From: Bacteroidota bacterium
Lineage (GTDB): Bacteria > Bacteroidota > Bacteroidia > Bacteroidales > VadinHA17
Length of the DNA: 39,893 bases
NCBI GenBank assembly: GCA_037143835.1
Contig: JBAWXY010000003.1
Coordinates: forward strand, 1-39,893
Direction of reading: 5' to 3'
The notes below the pieces were generated by a model, which saw only the letters and a list, made by a program, of their open reading frames with translations, did no database searches and had not been told where the DNA came from. Below are positions 1 to 9,665 of the stretch, piece by piece (the stretch's first letter is position 1; each line of letters opens with the position of its first letter). The translations under genes and the position numbers were made by a program.

Positions 1-1070
<1,070 letters not shown>

Positions 1071-1113
1071 CTAAAGAAAATTGAAATTAACCGGTACTGC
1101 TGTTAAAAGCCTG

Positions 1114-1121
1114 CAAAAATA
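1114..1121 (-). promoter_or_regulatory. Putative Bacteroidota sigmaA -7 element for the ABC-F gene
   Basis: Minus-strand TATTTTTG(CA) matches TAnnTTTG, 55 bp upstream of the ATG. Confidence 0.55.
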
Positions 1122-1129
1122 AGCAATAT

Positions 1130-2152
1130 TTACTTTTTCACTTTACGCTTAACAGATTTTCTCCAAAGGAATTCTTCTTCGATGTAAATTTTACTCTGAC
1201 CGTTTTTAGTTTTTTTCTCAATCTCGTTTAAAAGGAGTTTAGTAGCCTCCAGCCCCATTTTCCTGGGATCCTGGTTAATTACAGTCAGCTGGGGATCAAA
1301 GAAGTCGGTAATTTCATTGAACCCATAACCAAATATCCCTATATCTTCGGGAATCCTGAGACCGGCTTCCTTTGCAGCTTTATAAGCGCCCAGCGCAACC
1401 CTGTCGTTAACTGTAAATATTATCTCAGGCAAATCACCCTGAGCTAAAAGTTTCATAAAGGAACTCTGGCCATCTTTTAGCTCATAACCGCCCTCAATGA
1501 TCCAATCTTTTCTCACAGGAATTCCATGTTTTTCAAGTGATGCACGATACCCTTCACACCTCTCTTTACCAATGTTAATGCCTGAATACCCGGCAAAATG
1601 AGCAATCCTGGTAAAACCTGTCCCGATTACCTTATCAAGAGATGATATAGCACCCGCTCTATCGTCAAAAACCACGCTTGAAAAACCGGCATCGGCAACC
1701 GTCCTGTCGAAAAAAACCAAGGGGATCTTCATCCTTTTTATCTGGGAGTATATCAATGTATCTTTAGTTTCCTGTGAGTTACATACAAGTAATCCATCTA
1801 CTCTCATTCCTATCAGGTTTTCAATATTCCGTTTCTCGACACTTTCTTTTTCGCGTGAGATAGTCAGAATTACACGATAATCCTTTTCGGTTGCATAGTC
1901 TATCATACTGTCGACAACATAAGAAAAGAAGCTGTTTTCAAGATCAGGTACAACTATTCCAATGGTAAAAGTCTTTCTTGAGTTAAGCTGTTTTGCAATT
2001 AAGTTTGGAACATATCCCATCTTTTTTACTGCTTCATTTACCTTTTCTTTCATCTCTGAAGAAATATCAGGATGGTTTCTTAAGGCTTTAGAAACGGTAA
2101 CACGCGATACATTTAATTCTTTTGCAATATCTGATTGCCTTATGTTGACCAT
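1130..2152 (-). CDS. LacI-family transcriptional regulator
   Basis: N-terminal HTH (IRQSDIAKELNVSRVTVSKAL), hinge GYVPNLIAKQL and a periplasmic-binding-protein-like effector domain (PLVFFDR, IPEDIGIFG, LTVINQDP). Confidence 0.95.
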   Translation of the reverse strand: MVNIRQSDIAKELNVSRVTVSKALRNHPDISSEMKEKVNEAVKKMGYVPNLIAKQLNSRKTFTIGIVVPDLENSFFSYVVDSMIDYATEKDYRVILTISREKESVEKRNIENLIGMRVDGLLVCNSQETKDTLIYSQIKRMKIPLVFFDRTVADAGFSSVVFDDRAGAISSLDKVIGTGFTRIAHFAGYSGINIGKERCEGYRASLEKHGIPVRKDWIIEGGYELKDGQSSFMKLLAQGDLPEIIFTVNDRVALGAYKAAKEAGLRIPEDIGIFGYGFNEITDFFDPQLTVINQDPRKMGLEATKLLLNEIEKKTKNGQSKIYIEEEFLWRKSVKRKVKK

Positions 2153-2166
2153 AAAAAATGATTAAA

Positions 2167-2176
2167 TACACTTGTA
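2167..2176. promoter_or_regulatory. Candidate LacI operator (TACACTTGTA)
   Basis: One-mismatch match to the palindrome TACACGTGTA, 15 bp upstream of the lacI start; related boxes at 5449-5470. Confidence 0.4.
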
Positions 2177-2235
2177 AAACTAAACAAAATATATCAGTTT
2201 TGAAGATTCCCGTTCCCGGTTAAAGACGGATTAAT

Positions 2236-3906
2236 CTACCTGTCATAAACCAACACCTTAAAATTAAATATTGCAGGTTCTGACGGGTTAGAACGGTATG
2301 CCCTTATGCCGTAAGAGGGATTATCTCCGCGTAAAAAACCAGCCTCATCTCCATTATGAAGTGCTTTTGGTTTCCATATTCCGTTTTCATAGGCTCCCTC
2401 CCAAGCATCTTTTAACCAGACCTCCTTCTTCGGATTAGTCGAAGTGGCAGAAACAGAAAGGTTAAATCCGGCGACAATAAATTCGTTTTCACCGGTTTGT
2501 ATGAAAATGCCATACGATGGTGGTTCCTGTGCCTGCTGGGCTTGCGGATTAACCGGAGTTTCTGCAGAAGGAGGACGTTGAAATCCACGCTGGTAATTAA
2601 CAGTAACTTTAACATCGCTGTTTATCCTGAATTCACGACCTGTTGTAGAATCTCCACGGTGTTTATAAATCCCGAACATCTTTCCTGTTCCCTGAAATTG
2701 TGTAATGACCGGCATCAACTGGTTCAAAAGTACATACTCTCTGGACATGGCACTTCCTCTGTTGTCAATTCCGAATGGAGAAAAACAGATGGCATCGTGT
2801 TCTGCAAATGCCCAGCTTGCCGGTCCTTCTGTTGTGCTGGTTTCCGGTATAAACAAGGGATTATCGGCCCTGTGAAAGTTATTGACCTGATCCTTGAAAT
2901 CAGCTCCATAAATATCGGGTGCCAGCATGTCAACCGAAGGAGCTCCTGCTTTCCATACATCAAGAACAGAAACTATAGGGCCGCCACTCGGATAATTTCC
3001 AGGCTTACCGGGATTTGGCCGTGGTTGAGGCATCCAGCAGTTGGCAAACATCGGCAGGTTGTATTCTTTCTTACCGGCTTCAGCTATTGTGTTCACATAA
3101 CGGGAATAATTCCAGGCCATAAAGAAAAGATCAGCATCATCGCCTATTCCAAAAACTTCACTCCAGGTACCCTTGGTTTTTGAACCATTTTTCTCCCAGG
3201 CAGTTTTCAGTTCAATCTCAAGTGTGTTCTTATTTTTCACCATATACTGAATTAATACATCCGGTACCTGTGAAGCAAAAGCCTTATTAGCCTCCTCACT
3301 GAAATCTCTTATCTGACGAAGAACACCCACCTCATTTTCTATCTGCATGACAATGACGGTATTTTTCTCTTTGTCGACCGATGCGATATGTTTCATTAAT
3401 GCGGCATATGCTTTAGCATCAGCATCCCTGGTGGCGATACATAAAGGAGTCAGGGTTCTTGTATTCTGCCCTTTTTGATCTTTCACTCTGACAAAACGTT
3501 TTGTATCATTCAAAACCCATATTGGTGCGTATGGTGAAAAACCGTTTTTCCACGAGGCAAACCATAAAATGCACAATTTCATATCGTTTTCCCTGGCAAC
3601 CCTGATTAGTTCATCCATAGAGCTAAAATCAAAAACTCCTTCCTGTGGTTCAACAATTTCCCATGAAACAGACACTAATAGCGAATTCAGATTGTCTTCC
3701 CGCAATGCTTTCATGGTTTTTTCCATGTGTGCAATATTCGATCCGGATGAATTGTTAGCTTCTCCGGCTAACATTAAGAATGGCTTTCCATGCACAATCA
3801 GCTGGGTTGTCTTTCCATTATTTTTAAGCTGAGGAATCTGGGAAGATGCAAAAACAGTGAATGCAAGACATGCAACAAAAAGTATTAAGGTTTTCAGTTG
3901 TTTCAT
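2236..3906 (-). CDS. GH35-type beta-galactosidase with C-terminal DUF5597-like domain, secreted
   Basis: LIVHGKPFLMLAGE, LWFASWKNG, QIENEVG (acid/base) and FIPET (nucleophile). Start moved to MKQLKTLILF (3906), which begins a signal peptide and removes the overlap with the GH27 gene. Confidence 0.85.
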   Translation of the reverse strand: MKQLKTLILFVACLAFTVFASSQIPQLKNNGKTTQLIVHGKPFLMLAGEANNSSGSNIAHMEKTMKALREDNLNSLLVSVSWEIVEPQEGVFDFSSMDELIRVARENDMKLCILWFASWKNGFSPYAPIWVLNDTKRFVRVKDQKGQNTRTLTPLCIATRDADAKAYAALMKHIASVDKEKNTVIVMQIENEVGVLRQIRDFSEEANKAFASQVPDVLIQYMVKNKNTLEIELKTAWEKNGSKTKGTWSEVFGIGDDADLFFMAWNYSRYVNTIAEAGKKEYNLPMFANCWMPQPRPNPGKPGNYPSGGPIVSVLDVWKAGAPSVDMLAPDIYGADFKDQVNNFHRADNPLFIPETSTTEGPASWAFAEHDAICFSPFGIDNRGSAMSREYVLLNQLMPVITQFQGTGKMFGIYKHRGDSTTGREFRINSDVKVTVNYQRGFQRPPSAETPVNPQAQQAQEPPSYGIFIQTGENEFIVAGFNLSVSATSTNPKKEVWLKDAWEGAYENGIWKPKALHNGDEAGFLRGDNPSYGIRAYRSNPSEPAIFNFKVLVYDR

Positions 3907-3928
3907 TGTAAAAGGTTTTAATTCGTTT

Positions 3929-5392
3929 TCAATGTATTCTATACAGTCCGGCACCATGACGGTTAATGGTCGGGGTGAATTCATTTGTGAATTTTCCAAG
4001 CTTTTCCCCGCTCCATAAATCTTTAACAGTATGAGTTCCTGTTAAACCGAGCTGATCAAATTTAACAGTTATCGGAATTGCATCAGGTACCGCAATACCA
4101 AGTGTATCCTGACCTTTTAAAAATGGTTGCTGATCGGAGGCATTAAAAAGGGCCAGGTATTTATCACCTGTCTTCGGATCGTCGGCAATCCAGGCAATCA
4201 GGTCATTTTCCCTGAAAAGCTGCTTACCATTAATACTATGCTGGTTTACTTCCAGAACATCTTTATTGGTCATCAATGATAATGTAAATTCATCGTTGCT
4301 GGGCAGATCACCTCCAAACATTAATGGTGAGCGGAAAATGGCAAACAGTGACATTAAAGTATATTGTTCATCTTTCGTGAATCCGCTCATACGTGGCTGT
4401 CCGCGTTCGGCCCTTAATCCTATTTTACCAAGAGGAAGCATGTCACCGTCAGGGTAACAACCTTTAACGCCAAGTGAAACCCACCGGGGAAGAATTGAAA
4501 ACTGATTCTTAAGCTGCGGCCAGTTATCCCAGAAATCATCCGAAGTGCGCCACATATTTACATTATTCTTCAGAAAGTCAGCCGTTTCCGGCCTGTCTCC
4601 GCCCGGAGAAATACTTATTACTATCGGCCTTCCACAATTATCAATGGCTTTTCTCACCATTTCAATTTCTTTGGTGCGTCCTGAAAGATCATCAACCTTT
4701 ACAAAATCAAGTCCCCATGAGGCATATAACTGAAACAGGGAATTATAGTACTCCTGTGCCCCTGGTTTACCTGCAACAATTGTGTACATATCCCTGAGCC
4801 ACATGCATTGTCCCTCAGTTGTATAGATGTCCTGGGCCTTAGCGCTGCTGCCTAGAATAGGTGTATTCTTCTTTACAGCTATAACAGGGATACCCCGCAT
4901 CATATGGATTCCGAATTTGAGACCCTTACTATGGATATAATCAGCAATTGGTTTAAATCCTTTACCGTTTGCCGCTGAAGGGAAGCGGTTCAGAGCCGGA
5001 GTTAAACGGCCATATTCGTCAAGGATGTATATCGGGTTATCTTCGTTATAACCACCGGCTTTATCGTTTTCAACATACCAGCGTATATCCACAACAATAT
5101 ACTCCCAGCCAAATTTCTTAAGGTTCTTAGACATGTAATCAGCGTTTGCCTTTACTTCATTTTCAACAACTGTAGGACCATAACAATCCCAGCTATTCCA
5201 TCCCATTGGCGGAGTTGGCGCCCATCTATGAAATGCCGGTACTCCAGCTTCAGAAATGGCAGTTTTATCTGTTTTGCACCGGGTCAAAAAGAGAAGTGGT
5301 ACAGCAATATAAAATATCAGTATCGTCCTCAAAAAATAATTGAGGAAGGGCTGAGTGAAATTCTGATTTAAGTGATGTGGTCTTGTCTTCAT
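3929..5392 (-). CDS. GH27 glycoside hydrolase, beta-L-arabinopyranosidase (Abp)-like or alpha-galactosidase
   Basis: PPMGWNSW, IVVDIRW, GLKFGIHMMRGIP, WGLDFVKVDD, MWRTSDDFWD and PDGDMLPLG motifs; C-terminal beta-sandwich (VKDLWSG); N-terminal hydrophobic segment followed by Cys. Confidence 0.9.
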   Translation of the reverse strand: MKTRPHHLNQNFTQPFLNYFLRTILIFYIAVPLLFLTRCKTDKTAISEAGVPAFHRWAPTPPMGWNSWDCYGPTVVENEVKANADYMSKNLKKFGWEYIVVDIRWYVENDKAGGYNEDNPIYILDEYGRLTPALNRFPSAANGKGFKPIADYIHSKGLKFGIHMMRGIPVIAVKKNTPILGSSAKAQDIYTTEGQCMWLRDMYTIVAGKPGAQEYYNSLFQLYASWGLDFVKVDDLSGRTKEIEMVRKAIDNCGRPIVISISPGGDRPETADFLKNNVNMWRTSDDFWDNWPQLKNQFSILPRWVSLGVKGCYPDGDMLPLGKIGLRAERGQPRMSGFTKDEQYTLMSLFAIFRSPLMFGGDLPSNDEFTLSLMTNKDVLEVNQHSINGKQLFRENDLIAWIADDPKTGDKYLALFNASDQQPFLKGQDTLGIAVPDAIPITVKFDQLGLTGTHTVKDLWSGEKLGKFTNEFTPTINRHGAGLYRIH

Positions 5393-5448
5393 TGTGATTG
5401 GGATAAGTGATTAGTTATCTGTATTTTAATTTAATCATTACAATTACT

Positions 5449-5470
5449 TACTCGTGTACTTTCACGTGTA
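5449..5470. promoter_or_regulatory. Tandem candidate LacI operators TACTCGTGTA / TTCACGTGTA
   Basis: Two one-mismatch copies of TACACGTGTA at a 12 bp spacing, 57-78 bp upstream of the GH27 start. Confidence 0.5.
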
Positions 5471-5503
5471 AATATAAGCAAATATTTTTTGAAAAGAAAC
5501 TTT

Positions 5504-6589
5504 TTATTGAGCCAATTTATTCAGCTTATACCATTTGATCGCATTTTCACTAAATATTTTTTTGACTACCTCTTTCGGAAGCTGCAGTCCAACAAATTTC
5601 CCTTTGAACAAATCTGAAGTCATCTCATCTTTTGTAGTGAAATATTTCCAGTCATCAAACCAGGTTTCATGTATCTTTTTTGCAAGCCCTTCACCATTAT
5701 TGGTCCCGCTATCTGCAAGGTCGGTACCGTACAATAGCCTGTCCTGATACTTTATGCAAAAATTACGAATTCTTTCGCGGTCTTTGGCTGACTGGTATTG
5801 AAGATGGCAGATGCGGGCAGACATGTCAACAGCCAAATTCGGGAACTTATCGAGCCTTTTGGCGAGTTCGTCAACGTTCCATTCGAGACTGCCAAGGTGG
5901 CTCCCGATAAATTTCAGGTCTGGATGCATCTCAAGAAGGTGATCCCGTGCATTTATCTGATCTTCATAAGAAGGATATTCCGGATGGAGGAACATGTGGT
6001 ACTGCGGGTTGCGGGCAAAATAACTACTGTCGCTACTTACCGTCATTTCGTTCAGAGGAAGCCAGCAGTTACGCGGTTCACCAAGGTGGCCTGTGATAGG
6101 CAGATTCTTACTGATTATGAAATCTATCACCGGTTCAATCGCAGGGTCATCAACCATAATAAACTTACCGTTTCTGTCGGTAACAGTCATTCCGATGTTT
6201 TTCCAGATCTTGACCGAAATTGCCCCTCCCGAAATATCGGTATTCAGGTGAGAAATAACTTTTTTGCTCCATCCATCTGTTCCCCATCCTGCCGTATCAA
6301 AATAAAATGTTGCGCCGTAGAAAACCTTTCCGGGATATTTCTTCGTTGATAAAAGTGCATAATCAAGTTGCTGTTTTACCGAAGCAGAATCTGAATGATC
6401 GACCCCCAGAGTGATCAGAATAAAATTATCTTTCATAGCCTGATCTTCAAAGAAACCCTTATCGCTGTTTAGATGAACATGAGAATCTATTTTCAGAACT
6501 GACTGATAATCTTCTGCTGTAAAATAATTGTTCTGACATCCTGCAAGTGACAATGTCATAAAAATGAAAAAAATAATCCTGATCTTCAT
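5504..6589 (-). CDS. Amidohydrolase_2-family metal-dependent hydrolase, lipoprotein
   Basis: Lipobox LSLAGC, HxH motif (IDSHVH), SVKIWKNIG, FIGSHLGS and LLYGTD. Confidence 0.85.
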   Translation of the reverse strand: MKIRIIFFIFMTLSLAGCQNNYFTAEDYQSVLKIDSHVHLNSDKGFFEDQAMKDNFILITLGVDHSDSASVKQQLDYALLSTKKYPGKVFYGATFYFDTAGWGTDGWSKKVISHLNTDISGGAISVKIWKNIGMTVTDRNGKFIMVDDPAIEPVIDFIISKNLPITGHLGEPRNCWLPLNEMTVSSDSSYFARNPQYHMFLHPEYPSYEDQINARDHLLEMHPDLKFIGSHLGSLEWNVDELAKRLDKFPNLAVDMSARICHLQYQSAKDRERIRNFCIKYQDRLLYGTDLADSGTNNGEGLAKKIHETWFDDWKYFTTKDEMTSDLFKGKFVGLQLPKEVVKKIFSENAIKWYKLNKLAQ

Positions 6590-6623
6590 CTTTTTTGATA
6601 GATTGGTGAGGAATAAATATAAG

Positions 6624-6670
6624 AAAAAAAAGGGAAGATCACATAAAAACTATTTCTATGATCTTCCCTT
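6624..6670 (-). terminator. Intrinsic terminator after the 6697-7611 gene
   Basis: 12-bp inverted repeat AAGGGAAGATCA (6630-6641) / TGATCTTCCCTT (6659-6670) followed by a U-tract on the minus strand. Confidence 0.8.
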
Positions 6671-6696
6671 AAATAAGAAAACTAATTAATAATCAG

Positions 6697-7611
6697 CTAT
6701 TTCTTTTTAGGCATTACAACATAGTCTGCAGCATTCAGGAAATCAATACTTTTCTTGCAGCTTGTAAACTCATCAAAGCTATATCTTTCAACTTCAACAA
6801 CTCCGTATTCCATACCTGATTTAGCCGCTAATGCCCAATAAGCAGGGTAATCCATCATTCCGCTGGCGCCTATCTCTTTTTCATCTTTTATATGCCAAAG
6901 TTTAAATCTTCCCGGGTATTTATTGAAATAATCTACCGGATTAGCTTTACCAATAACCGCCCAGTAAAGATCAATTTCAAACATTACCTTGGCGGGGTCG
7001 GTATTTGTAAGCATGAAATCATAGATAGTCTGTCCGTCTAGCTTAGTAGAAAATTCTTTATCATGATTATGATAGCCGAACTGAAGACCTTTAGCTTTGC
7101 ATTTTTCTCCGATTGCATTAAAATAATCGCAATACTTCTTAAGAGTAGCAAGGTCTTTATATGCATCGCCTCCCATTGACGGCTGCACCAGGTATTTAGC
7201 CCCGGCAGCAATATGTGCATCAATACAGGCGTCCCACCAGGCCATTATTTTAACCCTTGTAGCATCGGTAGGCAACGGTTGGCTCACATGTGCGCTCAGA
7301 ACAATCATTCCGTATTTCTTACAAAGATCTTTGAATGCAACCGGATCCATACCATATATTTTCCCATCGGCATAACCTGCAGGCTCAACAAATTTATAGC
7401 CCATTTTTCCTACCTTTTCTATGGCAGCAGGAACATTCCTTTTGATGGAATCGCGAATAGAATAAAGCTGAAGCCCTATGTTCTTCTGAAGCGTAGTTTT
7501 GACTGAAGATGATTTTGCCGGGCTGGTTGTTTTGCATGAATAGAAAACTGATGATATAATACCGGTCAGGGCAATCAATAACACAATTGCAAGTAAATTT
7601 TGTTTTTTCAT
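6697..7611 (-). CDS. Sugar phosphate isomerase/epimerase-family (AP_endonuc_2 TIM barrel) lipoprotein
   Basis: IGLQLYSIRD, GYHNH, FEIDLYW, WHIKD and VVEVE metal-site motifs; signal peptide ending FYSC. Confidence 0.9.
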   Translation of the reverse strand: MKKQNLLAIVLLIALTGIISSVFYSCKTTSPAKSSSVKTTLQKNIGLQLYSIRDSIKRNVPAAIEKVGKMGYKFVEPAGYADGKIYGMDPVAFKDLCKKYGMIVLSAHVSQPLPTDATRVKIMAWWDACIDAHIAAGAKYLVQPSMGGDAYKDLATLKKYCDYFNAIGEKCKAKGLQFGYHNHDKEFSTKLDGQTIYDFMLTNTDPAKVMFEIDLYWAVIGKANPVDYFNKYPGRFKLWHIKDEKEIGASGMMDYPAYWALAAKSGMEYGVVEVERYSFDEFTSCKKSIDFLNAADYVVMPKKK

Positions 7612-7642
7612 TTTGATCAGGTTTAAAATTTTGTCTAAGATA

Positions 7643-7650
7643 CAAATATA
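7643..7650 (-). promoter_or_regulatory. Putative -7 promoter element
   Basis: Minus-strand TATATTTG matches TAnnTTTG, 32 bp upstream of the 7611 start. Confidence 0.55.
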
Positions 7651-7720
7651 TATTAAAAATTGAAGTTCGCCTTCTTTACGATTGTTAAAAGTACAATAAT
7701 TGAATGGGGGCTTTGGGGGT

Positions 7721-9130
7721 CTATTTTTGCAACGACCTCAGCACCTCCCATATCGCCTCCGGACCTTTAAGTGCATTCGCAGGCAGTTTACCCTCTTTTC
7801 CGAATACCAGCATTGCATCATATTTCTCAATGGTGCATTTCGATTCGTCAACTTTACCTGTTTTGTCTTTAACAGCATTTATATTCAGTCCCAGATGACG
7901 TGCCATAAAATCGTACATGGCCAGACGTTTTGTAATACCATAATTATGTTCCTCGTTTTCAATATGAACATTCTCAACATTTTCTGGTTTGCCATAAAGG
8001 CTGTATACTTTTTTCATATAAGGAAATTCTATGGCCGGAACGGTCTGTGTCCAGTCGCTTGTTTCAGAAACCACTAACATCGGGCGAGGTGATGCCATAG
8101 CAGCGATCTCAGCATTATTTGTTCCAAGATTGGTACATGAATGAATTGGTAATCCGCTTTCGCAAGGGCAACCTCCAAAGAAAGATGAGGATACCATCAC
8201 AACCGGAACACTAACCGCAATGCGGTCATCCAGGGCAGTTATAAGAAAAGATTGAGTACCACCTCCGGAGGCAGCAGTAACACCGATTCTTTTTGGATCG
8301 ACATAAGGCAACGAAGTAAGGAAATCGAGTACCCTGATACTGTTCAATGTTTGCATTGTCAGAGCCAGTCCGGTTTTATGTACCTCTTTTTCAACCTGAA
8401 GCAGCGATTCACCCCAGGCAAACATTTCATAGCTGAAAACAACTGCTCCCATCCTTGCTAAGGTCGCGCAACGATATTGCTGATCGGGGCGATAACGACC
8501 ATATTCATTCATGTCTGTACTTGGGAAATGACCGTGAGGGCTGAGTACTGCCGCAAAAGGGCCTTTCCCTTTCGAAGGACGGTATAGAGAACCACAAAGA
8601 TAAACTCCGGGTAATGTCTCAATAGCAACATTCTCAATAGTATAGCCATCCATCACCCGTTTTTGAGTATAAATCGGATTAAGAGGAGTCTTTTTCGGAA
8701 GTGGAGAAAGCCTCAATTGTTCGAGGAAACAGCTGCTAAGCTCTGCTTTTCGCTTCTCCCATTCCTGTACTGTAGGGTAGCTTGCAAGGAGCTGATCGAG
8801 GTGCCTCTTCCCTTCCTCGAATGTTTTACGATAATATTCGAATTTTGCAATCTGGTAAACATTATCGCTTTTCTTCTGAAAGACCATATCGAGAGGCATC
8901 AGGATATTGGTAAGTGTTGTTTCAGTATCAATCCTGTAACGCCATGTCGGGTATAAAACATCTACCCCCTTGACTAAGCTTTCACTATACTCAAACTTAA
9001 TATTATACTTTTTCTCTAAATCGGTTAGTACTTCTTTAAGAGGTTTCTTGTACACATCTTGTGGCAACTGTGCAGTAGTAATTCTTGTCAATCCAACAAG
9101 AAAAAAAAGAACCAATAGCTTTATTTTCAT
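7721..9130 (-). CDS. Secreted alpha/beta-hydrolase (acetylxylan-esterase-like) with an N-terminal DUF4974/STN-like domain
   Basis: Signal peptide; ~80-aa domain KKPLKEVLTDLEKKYNIKFEY; esterase core LSPHGH, VDPKRIGVTAASGGGTQ, GGCPCESG and EEHNYG. Confidence 0.82.
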   Translation of the reverse strand: MKIKLLVLFFLVGLTRITTAQLPQDVYKKPLKEVLTDLEKKYNIKFEYSESLVKGVDVLYPTWRYRIDTETTLTNILMPLDMVFQKKSDNVYQIAKFEYYRKTFEEGKRHLDQLLASYPTVQEWEKRKAELSSCFLEQLRLSPLPKKTPLNPIYTQKRVMDGYTIENVAIETLPGVYLCGSLYRPSKGKGPFAAVLSPHGHFPSTDMNEYGRYRPDQQYRCATLARMGAVVFSYEMFAWGESLLQVEKEVHKTGLALTMQTLNSIRVLDFLTSLPYVDPKRIGVTAASGGGTQSFLITALDDRIAVSVPVVMVSSSFFGGCPCESGLPIHSCTNLGTNNAEIAAMASPRPMLVVSETSDWTQTVPAIEFPYMKKVYSLYGKPENVENVHIENEEHNYGITKRLAMYDFMARHLGLNINAVKDKTGKVDESKCTIEKYDAMLVFGKEGKLPANALKGPEAIWEVLRSLQK

Positions 9131-9170
9131 AATATTAAAGTTAAGTTATCATATGAATTTTTAAAGTTCC

Positions 9171-9291
9171 CCACGAAGGCGCAAAGACACGAAGGTACAC
9201 AAAGTTATAATCTCTGTGTATCCTTTGTGATCTCTGTGTAACAAAAAAAACTTTCACAGAGTGACACAGAGAAGAAACAGAGACACAGAGG
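9171..9291. repeat. Inverted arrays of short degenerate CACAGAG/CACGAAG repeats
   Basis: CACGAAGG CGCAAAGA CACGAAGG TACACAAAG (9172-9204), then CTCTGTG/CTTTGTG x3 (9212-9238), then CACAGAG-type x4 (9255-9290). The middle block is complementary to both flanking blocks. Confidence 0.85.
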
Positions 9292-9516
9292 TTTATTCCG
9301 AAATAAATTTCAGTAATGGGATCAGAATTGGCTGTCCTTTTTCTGCTTTATACGAAACTTTTGTAATTATCTTACCTTTCCTGTCTGGTTCACTTATCGA
9401 GGTCTGGCGGATATACGGATTCATTTTGCTGATGAAAATCAAAGTTCGCTCCTTCGCCTCTTCAGAAAATTTTACAACTTCATCAGGCTGACCTCTTATC
9501 CTGCTAAACACACGAA

Positions 9517-9578
9517 CTCTCCCTCTACTTCATACTCTCTCTCTTATGTAACTCTTATGTAACTACTTACTGCTTACT
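9517..9578. repeat. Mixed short tandem repeats
   Basis: 6-mers CTCTCC CTCTAC TTCATA CTCTCT CTCTTA; exact 11-mer CTCTTATGTAA x2 (9541-9562); 7-mers CTACTTA CTGCTTA. Confidence 0.65.
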
Positions 9579-9603
9579 TTTTATCCGGATGAAACTCAAA
9601 ATG

Positions 9604-9632
9604 AAAACCCTCCTTAAATTGGGGAGGGTTTT
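9604..9632 (-). terminator. Intrinsic, possibly bidirectional, terminator after the Gfo/Idh/MocA gene
   Basis: AAAACCCTCCTT-AAATT-GGGGAGGGTTTT hairpin, 34 bp downstream of the stop at 9666. Confidence 0.75.
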
Positions 9633-9665
9633 GCTGCAGTATAAGTGTACAGTTCGGGTTCAGGT

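Noticed and set aside
3907-3999. 31-aa N-terminal extension of the GH35 ORF overlapping the GH27 3' end
   Set aside because: The signal peptide begins at ATG 3906; the extension is an artefact of longest-ORF calling.
9171-9291. Possible CRISPR array
   Set aside because: Units are 7-10 bp, degenerate and lack unique spacers; no cas genes are present.
9440-9530. Glycine-riboswitch-like words (GGAGAG, CGAAGGAGC) and hammerhead-like CTGATGA
   Set aside because: No CTCTCAGG-type element, no properly placed GAAA/stem II core, and no fitting downstream gene.
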